This document shows, one piece after another, positions 58,089 through 64,000 of a DNA stretch of 64,000 bases. Every line of letters begins with the position of its first letter. Positions within the stretch are counted from its first letter, which is position 1. The notes under the pieces are model-generated. The model did no database searches and was not told the DNA's origin. It saw nothing but the letters and a program-made list of their open reading frames with translations. The DNA is from Verrucomicrobiota bacterium (GTDB lineage Bacteria; Verrucomicrobiota; Kiritimatiellia; UBA8416; JBHORK01), in contig JBHORK010000001.1 of NCBI GenBank assembly GCA_042565725.1, forward strand, positions 4,995 to 68,994, given 5' to 3'. The position numbers and the translations under genes were made by a program.

Positions 58089-58733
58089 CTAGAGCATTTT
58101 GATGTTTCTTGTCGCTTCTGTCAGCATTTCCTGCATTGCGGTTTTTGCTGATAGAAGGCCTTTGTTTTTCAATCTGTTCTGAATCTTGTCTGAAGCCATC
58201 TTTTTGAGAAGACGCATGCGTTCTTTTTCTGAAAGCCCTGATGATTGAACTTTTGGCCGTATTTTTTTTAGTAGAGAAAGATGTTTTGCGTGAATATCAG
58301 TTATTTCTTTTTCCATTTTTTCGCGAATCCGTCGGGAGAGGGCAGGGCTGCCGCCGCCGGTGGATATGGTTATAAGCAGTTCGCCCCTGCTTACCGTTGA
58401 GGGTACTGTGAAAGTACACAGGTCAGGCTGATCAACGACATTGATCGGGATTCCTTTTTCTTTAGCATGCTCACTTACTTTGCAGTTAACATTCTTTGAG
58501 TCGGTGGCACAGATAACTATAGATGCGTTTTTAAGGTCAGACTTTCTGTATTTCCTGCAAATCCGATTAACCTTTTTCATGCGTGTTAAAGGTGTGCAGA
58601 ATTCCGGGCTGACGATAGTGACTATTGCTCCGCATGCCAGGAGACTTTTGGCTTTTCTGGAAGCCACCTGACCGCCGCCTACAATCAGAACTTTTTTCTC
58701 GGCTATATCCATGTTTATCGGAAAATATTTCAC
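58089..58733 (-). CDS. Precorrin-2 dehydrogenase/sirohydrochlorin ferrochelatase (SirC/Met8, CysG N-terminal type)
   Basis: VLIVGGGQVASRKAK, NVVDQPDLCTF and ISTGGGSPAL. Confidence 0.92.
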   Translation of the reverse strand: MKYFPINMDIAEKKVLIVGGGQVASRKAKSLLACGAIVTIVSPEFCTPLTRMKKVNRICRKYRKSDLKNASIVICATDSKNVNCKVSEHAKEKGIPINVVDQPDLCTFTVPSTVSRGELLITISTGGGSPALSRRIREKMEKEITDIHAKHLSLLKKIRPKVQSSGLSEKERMRLLKKMASDKIQNRLKNKGLLSAKTAMQEMLTEATRNIKML

Positions 58734-60019
58734 TACAGGGCCTCCATAACTTCTGCTGCCGCGTTTATAGTCTTTTCAATGTCAGCCTCGCTGTGTGCCA
58801 GAGAAACAAATGCTGCCTCGAATTGTGAGGGAGCCAGATGTATTCCTTTTTCCAGCATCCCGCTGAAAAACTTTCCATATTTGTTTGTGTCCGATTCTTT
58901 TGCAGAAGCATAATCAATGGGGTCTTTTTCCGAGAAGAAAACAGTTTGAAGTGATCCAACACGGTTCATCTGAATAGGAACGCCTGCTTTATTTGCCGCA
59001 TCACGAAAACCATCTTCCAGCATCTTTGACAAAGCCTCCAGCCTTTCGTAGGGCGAATCGTTGATTAGTAATTCAAGAGTGGCCAGACCGGTGGCCATGG
59101 CAACCGGGTTGCCGCTAAGTGTTCCAGCCTGATACACGGGTCCCGATGGAGCAAGCATGCTCATAATTCCTTCACGTCCGCCGTACGCCGCAGCCGGCAT
59201 GCCTCCTCCAATGATCTTTCCCAGCACCGTCAAGTCGGGTGTTACTCCATAAAGACCCTGAGCCCCGGACAATCCGACTCTGAAGCCGGTAATAACTTCA
59301 TCAAAAATAAGAAGAGCATTATTACTGGAGGTAATCTCTCTTAAGAACTGCAGATAACCAGATTCTGGTGGAATAACTCCCATATTTGCTGCTATTGGCT
59401 CTACTATGATGCATGCAATCTCATTGCCAAAATTTTCAAAGACTTCCCTCATGCTTTTCTGATCGTTGTAGGGAACAACAATAGTTTTTTCTGCATAACT
59501 GTCCGGCACGCCTTTAGTGCCTGGTATGCTGAAAGTGGCAACACCTGATCCTGCGGAAACAAGCAGACCGTCGGAATGGCCATGATAACAGCCCTCGCAT
59601 TTTACTATCAAATTTTTGCCTGTAAATCCGCGTGCAAGGCGAATGGCGCTCATTGCAGCTTCGGTCCCTGAACTTACCATACGGATTTTCTCAATTCCTG
59701 GCGCGCATTCGATTATACGTTCGGCGAGCATGTTCTCAGTTTTTGTTGGCATGCCGAAAGTCATTCCTTTTTCGGCAGCTTTTTTTGCGGCCTCAACAAT
59801 CTTTGGGTTTGCGTGACCAAGGATTAAGGCGCCCCAGGACATGACGTAATCAATATAATCGTTGCTGTCTGCATCGCTAATATGGGATCCTGAACCGTAG
59901 TCAGCAAACACAGGATTACCTCCGACTGCCCCGAATGCGCGCACAGGACTGTTTACGCCCCCCGGCATAAGTTTCTGTGCGTGACGCCATAGTTTATGAG
60001 ATGATTTATTTGCTTTCAC
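58733..60019 (-). CDS. hemL: Glutamate-1-semialdehyde 2,1-aminomutase
   Basis: PGGVNSPVRAF, SSGTEA, FDEVITGFR, LGKIIGGG and YQAGTLSGNP. Confidence 0.97.
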   Translation of the reverse strand: MKANKSSHKLWRHAQKLMPGGVNSPVRAFGAVGGNPVFADYGSGSHISDADSNDYIDYVMSWGALILGHANPKIVEAAKKAAEKGMTFGMPTKTENMLAERIIECAPGIEKIRMVSSGTEAAMSAIRLARGFTGKNLIVKCEGCYHGHSDGLLVSAGSGVATFSIPGTKGVPDSYAEKTIVVPYNDQKSMREVFENFGNEIACIIVEPIAANMGVIPPESGYLQFLREITSSNNALLIFDEVITGFRVGLSGAQGLYGVTPDLTVLGKIIGGGMPAAAYGGREGIMSMLAPSGPVYQAGTLSGNPVAMATGLATLELLINDSPYERLEALSKMLEDGFRDAANKAGVPIQMNRVGSLQTVFFSEKDPIDYASAKESDTNKYGKFFSGMLEKGIHLAPSQFEAAFVSLAHSEADIEKTINAAAEVMEAL

Positions 60020-60049
60020 TTTCGTGACTCCTGCTTCGATCTTTGATGT

Positions 60050-61039
60050 CTATTGATTATCCTGAACAAACAGCATACTTGATTTTTTGAATTCTTTTAC
60101 AGAAAAAAGTATTCTGCCGCCGCTTAATCCTGCGCTGTTTTCTATTTCCCTCATCATTTCCTCAGCTTTTTCTTTTGAATCTGCGTGAATCATGGCGAAA
60201 AGGTTGTAGGGGAATATCGATGGTGGGATTCGTTCGTAACAGTGAGTTACTTGCGGGAACGAAGCTATTTTCTTTCCAGCCGCTTCTACCTTTTCGGATT
60301 CAACGTTCCAGGCACACATACCGTTTGCTGTGAAGCCAATCTGTCTGTGCCGCAGGATAATCCCTATTCTGCGAAGTACGGCAATATCCTTCCAGTGTTT
60401 TAATGTATTTATAAGTTCTTCAGATGGAAGTCCTAACTTGTCCGCCAGGTCACGGAATGGCCGTTCAGAGAGAGGGATGTTTCCTTGTAGGTATTTAAGA
60501 ATGTCCTTTTCCTGCTTGGTGAGTTTCTCAATGGAAAGTCCAGTGTCGGACTTCCTTGTTTCGGAAACAAATGGTTGTACGTTTTCTTCATTTCCTGTTG
60601 TGTCAAATACAACCTGAATTTTGAATTTCCTGACGACTGGCAGGCTGAATAATTCGAATGGCTTCAGTTTTTCCGAGAATTCCGTCAGCTCTTTTTCGAA
60701 AAGTTCTGACGGTGCGGTTAATGTAAACCATATGTTTGGTGTTGCTTCCCGCTCATACAGGTGCGTTATACCTGGATGAGGAGAGAGTATTTCAACTACA
60801 CGCGTCATGGCTTCTTCGGGTACGGCGACGGCGCAAAGGGTGCTGAAAAATCCAAACATATTCGAATCGAAAACACCTCCGAACCTCCTCGCTTTCCCGC
60901 TATCGAAAAGATCTTTTATAAAGGCCAGTATATCAGTTCCATTCGAGCCAAGTTCTTTGGCTATTGATTGAAAGGGCATGAGCTCGATAGGGATACCCTT
61001 TTGAAGAGTAAACAATAATTGTTTTTCGTCTATGCTCAT
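60050..61039 (-). CDS. Siroheme decarboxylase, fused AhbA-AhbB (NirDL-like)
   Basis: Two Lrp/AsnC-like halves: HPGITHLYER..NIWFT and GFTANGM..VTHCYER..YNLFAMIH. Confidence 0.88.
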   Translation of the reverse strand: MSIDEKQLLFTLQKGIPIELMPFQSIAKELGSNGTDILAFIKDLFDSGKARRFGGVFDSNMFGFFSTLCAVAVPEEAMTRVVEILSPHPGITHLYEREATPNIWFTLTAPSELFEKELTEFSEKLKPFELFSLPVVRKFKIQVVFDTTGNEENVQPFVSETRKSDTGLSIEKLTKQEKDILKYLQGNIPLSERPFRDLADKLGLPSEELINTLKHWKDIAVLRRIGIILRHRQIGFTANGMCAWNVESEKVEAAGKKIASFPQVTHCYERIPPSIFPYNLFAMIHADSKEKAEEMMREIENSAGLSGGRILFSVKEFKKSSMLFVQDNQ

Positions 61040-62109
61040 TTGCTTTTTTCTGTATTGATATTAGGTTTGTACGAGCAATCCGGTTCCTCGTCGAGGTAAT
61101 CGCCTGTCTTTGCAAAAGCTCTGGCCCGGCAGCCTTCGCAAACTCTTTTGTATTCGCATGCGCCGCATTTACCTTTCAGCCTGGCCGGATCGCGTAAAGC
61201 TGCGAACACTTCTGAATCCTGCCATATTTCGCCAAGTTTTCTTTCTCTGATATTACCGACACAAACAGGTAGATAGCCGCAGGGCTGCACATCTCCTGTC
61301 CGGGATATAAAGCAAACGGCGGAACCTGCCAGACAGCCGCGGGTCATAGCCCGCATGCCATGAGCGTGGCTTTGGAGCTGTATGCCTTTCTCTTTCGAGA
61401 TCTGACGCATGATTCTGTAATATTGCGGTGCGCATGTTGCTTTTATATGGATTTTATCCTTCAATTCCAGAGACTTATCAAAGAGCCAGCGCAGTGATTT
61501 TTCAAATTCTTCAGATGTAAGACGAACATCTTCACTGATTTTCACGCCGCAGCCTACAGGAACCAGCATGAAAACATGAAACGCGTCGGCTCCTCGATCC
61601 TGTGCCAGGTTCAGCAGATCTTCAAGCTCATTAAGATTATGTTTTGTGATGGTCGCGTTTATCTGAACAGATACCCCGGCCTTTTTGAGCGCATCAAATC
61701 CATTAAGCGCATCATTATAACTTCCAGGCAATCCTCTGAATGCATCGTGCGTTTTCCGTTTTGCGCCATCCAGGCTTATGCTCGCCCTTTGAATTCCGGT
61801 TTTTACAATCTTCTCAGCAATAGGATCATCTACCAGGGTTCCGTTGGTTGCTATTGCTACACGTGTAAATAACTTTGTGCATTCCTCTGCAATGGTAAAG
61901 AAATCTTTACGTGTCAGGGGTTCGCCGCCTGTAAGGATGAGAATAGGATCCGCATCCTCCCTGATTTCACGGGCGGTTTTTATTATCTCCTCTGTAGAGA
62001 GTTCGCCCTCGACGAAATCATCCTGTGCTTCTGCGCGGCAGTGTTGACACTTCAGATTACAGCGCGCCGTCAGTTCCCAGAAAACTAAGCGTAAATTATT
62101 ATTTATCAT
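61036..62109 (-). CDS. ahbD: Radical SAM heme b synthase (AhbD-like)
   Basis: LRLVFWELTARCNLKCQHCRA, VPVGCG, KATCAPQYYR and SPASM cysteines. The start may extend to 62169. Confidence 0.82.
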   Translation of the reverse strand: MINNNLRLVFWELTARCNLKCQHCRAEAQDDFVEGELSTEEIIKTAREIREDADPILILTGGEPLTRKDFFTIAEECTKLFTRVAIATNGTLVDDPIAEKIVKTGIQRASISLDGAKRKTHDAFRGLPGSYNDALNGFDALKKAGVSVQINATITKHNLNELEDLLNLAQDRGADAFHVFMLVPVGCGVKISEDVRLTSEEFEKSLRWLFDKSLELKDKIHIKATCAPQYYRIMRQISKEKGIQLQSHAHGMRAMTRGCLAGSAVCFISRTGDVQPCGYLPVCVGNIRERKLGEIWQDSEVFAALRDPARLKGKCGACEYKRVCEGCRARAFAKTGDYLDEEPDCSYKPNINTEKSK

Positions 62110-62178
62110 CAGGATTATTTCTTTTTTGACAGGATTAACAGGATCTACAGGATGAGTTTCTCCTGACACCTGAAACCT

Positions 62179-63156
62179 TTAATCTGGTTTCAGCCATTTT
62201 GCTGCATCTTTAGCCCAGTATGTAAGGATCAGGTTAGAGCCGGCCCTTTTTATGGCATAAAGGATTTCCAGCGCCGTAGATTTTTCGTCGAGCCAGCCTT
62301 CCTTTGCCGCGGCCTTTACCATAGAGAACTCGCCGCTGACGCTATACGCTGCTACAGGAACGTTGTATGCGGCCCGGACTTCTTTGATAATATCAAGATA
62401 CGCAAGTGCCGGTTTTACCATGACAATGTCGGCTCCTTCCGAAATATCCAACTCGACCTCTCTGAGCGCTTCACGTGAGTTGCGCATGTCCATCTGGTAA
62501 CCATGTCTATCTCCGAATTGGGGAGGGGATTCTGCTGCATCTCTGAAGGGACCGTAAAAGGAAGAGGCGTATTTAGCGGAATAGGCCATGATGACAGTAT
62601 CCTGAAATCCCTCGGAATCCAAAGCCTTGCGAACTACTCCAATTCGGCCATCCATCATATCGCTCGGCGCCACCACATGAGCTCCCGCGCTGGCGTGCGA
62701 AGAAGCCATACGTGCCAACACTTCGAGTGTTGCGTCATTATCTGTCTCACCGTCTTTTATTATTCCGCAATGTCCATGATCGGTATATTCACACAAACAA
62801 ACATCAGTGCATACGACCAGATCAGAAACATTTTCTCTTAGCTCGCGAACAGCGTTCTGCACCACTCCGTCCTCAGAGTACCCCTCCGAACCGGCGGCGT
62901 CCTTAGAGGAAGGAATACCAAATAGAATAACTGTTTTCACTCCGGCATCAACCAGTTCCCTGCATTCATCTACAAGCACATCTGCCGACATCTGGAAATT
63001 GCCCGGCATTGAGGAGATTTCCTTTTTCACTCCTTTTCCGGGTCTGACGAATAACGGCATTATGAAGTCTTCAGCATTAAGGCTGGTTTCAGAAACAACT
63101 TCGCGAAGTGCAGGGAATTTTCTAAGACGTCTCATTCTTGTTTTTGGAAAACTCAT
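62179..63156 (-). CDS. hemB: Porphobilinogen synthase
   Basis: DVCLCEYTDHGHCG, APSDMMDGR, YGPFRDAA and MVKPAL. Confidence 0.97.
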   Translation of the reverse strand: MSFPKTRMRRLRKFPALREVVSETSLNAEDFIMPLFVRPGKGVKKEISSMPGNFQMSADVLVDECRELVDAGVKTVILFGIPSSKDAAGSEGYSEDGVVQNAVRELRENVSDLVVCTDVCLCEYTDHGHCGIIKDGETDNDATLEVLARMASSHASAGAHVVAPSDMMDGRIGVVRKALDSEGFQDTVIMAYSAKYASSFYGPFRDAAESPPQFGDRHGYQMDMRNSREALREVELDISEGADIVMVKPALAYLDIIKEVRAAYNVPVAAYSVSGEFSMVKAAAKEGWLDEKSTALEILYAIKRAGSNLILTYWAKDAAKWLKPD

Positions 63157-64000
63157 AAACCTATCTCCTTATCTGTAAGATAACATGCTGGTTCAGGTGC
63201 CCACACATCGCCTGTAACGGCTTCCGCTCTCACTCGGAAATTACCGTTACATATATCAAGCCATTTGCATTGTGCGCAACGGCCCTTTAGATGTTTCTTG
63301 CGTTCTCTGAGTTTGGGCAGGAGTTTGTCAGTTGGCTCTCCCCATATCTTGCTGAAAGGTGTTTGTTTAACGTTGCCGGCGGAATAATGACGCCAGAACT
63401 GGTCGGGATGAACTGATCCGTCCCAGCTGATGCATCCTATACCCATTCCTGTGCTGTTGCCGCCATTCATCTTCAAGAGTTCCAGAACATCGTTTGCGCG
63501 TTCGTTGTTTTCCTTAAGAAGTCTCATATATAAATAAGGAGCATCACAATGATTGTCTACAGTGAGAACCTCGACAGGGATTTTCTTTCCATGCAGTTCC
63601 ATTGTTCTGTCCATTATCAAGTCTACTATATCCCTTGATTCCTGATGCGATAAATCTTCGGCTACCAGCTTACTGCCGCGTCCGGCATAAACCAGATGAT
63701 AAAAACATACTCTCGGGATACCCTCCTGCTCGATTAGATCAAATATGCCAGAAACATCGTGAACGTTTCTTTTGTTAATTGTAAATCTCAGACCAACCTT
63801 GATGCCTTCAGAAAGGCATGTGCGGATACCTGCAAGCGCCTGACCGAATGCTCCCTTTATGCCGCGAAAACGGTCGTTGGTTTCCTGTAATCCATCAAGG
63901 CTGACTCCAACATATGACAGGCCGCAATCCTTTAACCTGTTGGCAACGTCAGGCGTTATAAGTGTTCCATTTGTTGAAATAACCGCCCTCATATTCTTGT
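63153..64000 (-). CDS. ahbC: 12,18-didecarboxysiroheme deacetylase (AhbC/NirJ-like radical SAM); 5' end lies outside the window
   Basis: RAVISTNGTLI, SYVGVSLDG, RVCFYHLVYAGRG, EVLTVDNH, HPDQFW and CNGNFRVRA. Confidence 0.85.
   Translation of the reverse strand, partial: KNMRAVISTNGTLITPDVANRLKDCGLSYVGVSLDGLQETNDRFRGIKGAFGQALAGIRTCLSEGIKVGLRFTINKRNVHDVSGIFDLIEQEGIPRVCFYHLVYAGRGSKLVAEDLSHQESRDIVDLIMDRTMELHGKKIPVEVLTVDNHCDAPYLYMRLLKENNERANDVLELLKMNGGNSTGMGIGCISWDGSVHPDQFWRHYSAGNVKQTPFSKIWGEPTDKLLPKLRERKKHLKGRCAQCKWLDICNGNFRVRAEAVTGDVWAPEPACYLTDKEIGL

Noticed and set aside
60050-61039. AhbA-AhbB fusion as a novelty
   Set aside because: Fused siroheme decarboxylases (NirDL-type) are already known.
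1-64000. Genome-wide UGA reassignment (code 4 or 25)
   Set aside because: Conserved genes such as pilB1, ccsA and nqrE end at TGA at their expected C-termini, so UGA is normally a stop.

Overview
A gene-dense bacterial window of moderate GC. It is probably from an anaerobic PVC-superphylum organism (Kiritimatiellae/Lentisphaerae-like), which I infer from the pilin type and gene repertoire and have not proven. It has four blocks. (1) 0-12 kb: coaB, an NSS transporter with an unlisted MetS-like small subunit, a hybrid kinase lacking the H-box His, and an active plus dead Deg protease pair. (2) 12-19 kb: a sigma54-type type IV pilus locus with two tandem PilB ATPases, pilC, pilR and a pilin. (3) 19-39 kb: a TMTC-like GT-C and a glycosyltransferase/methyltransferase cluster with wzm/wzt. 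(4) 41-64 kb: a respiratory island with menA, a polyprenyl synthase, nqrA-F plus nqrM, ResB/CcsA, three porins, a CX3CH cytochrome lipoprotein, and the Ahb heme pathway. The strongest leads are: a NOX/gp91phox-like heme-b membrane domain with a CxxCH domain inserted in an outer loop and no dehydrogenase domain, inside a porin-cytochrome operon; a probable exported selenoprotein (in-frame UGA plus SECIS-like hairpin at 40713); a MITE-like family with YTAG target duplications and a covarying 47-nt hairpin; and nested, hollowed-out four-helix-bundle cassettes flanked by short inverted repeat arrays. I saw no rRNA, tRNA or CRISPR array. All family assignments come from motif recognition, not database searches.
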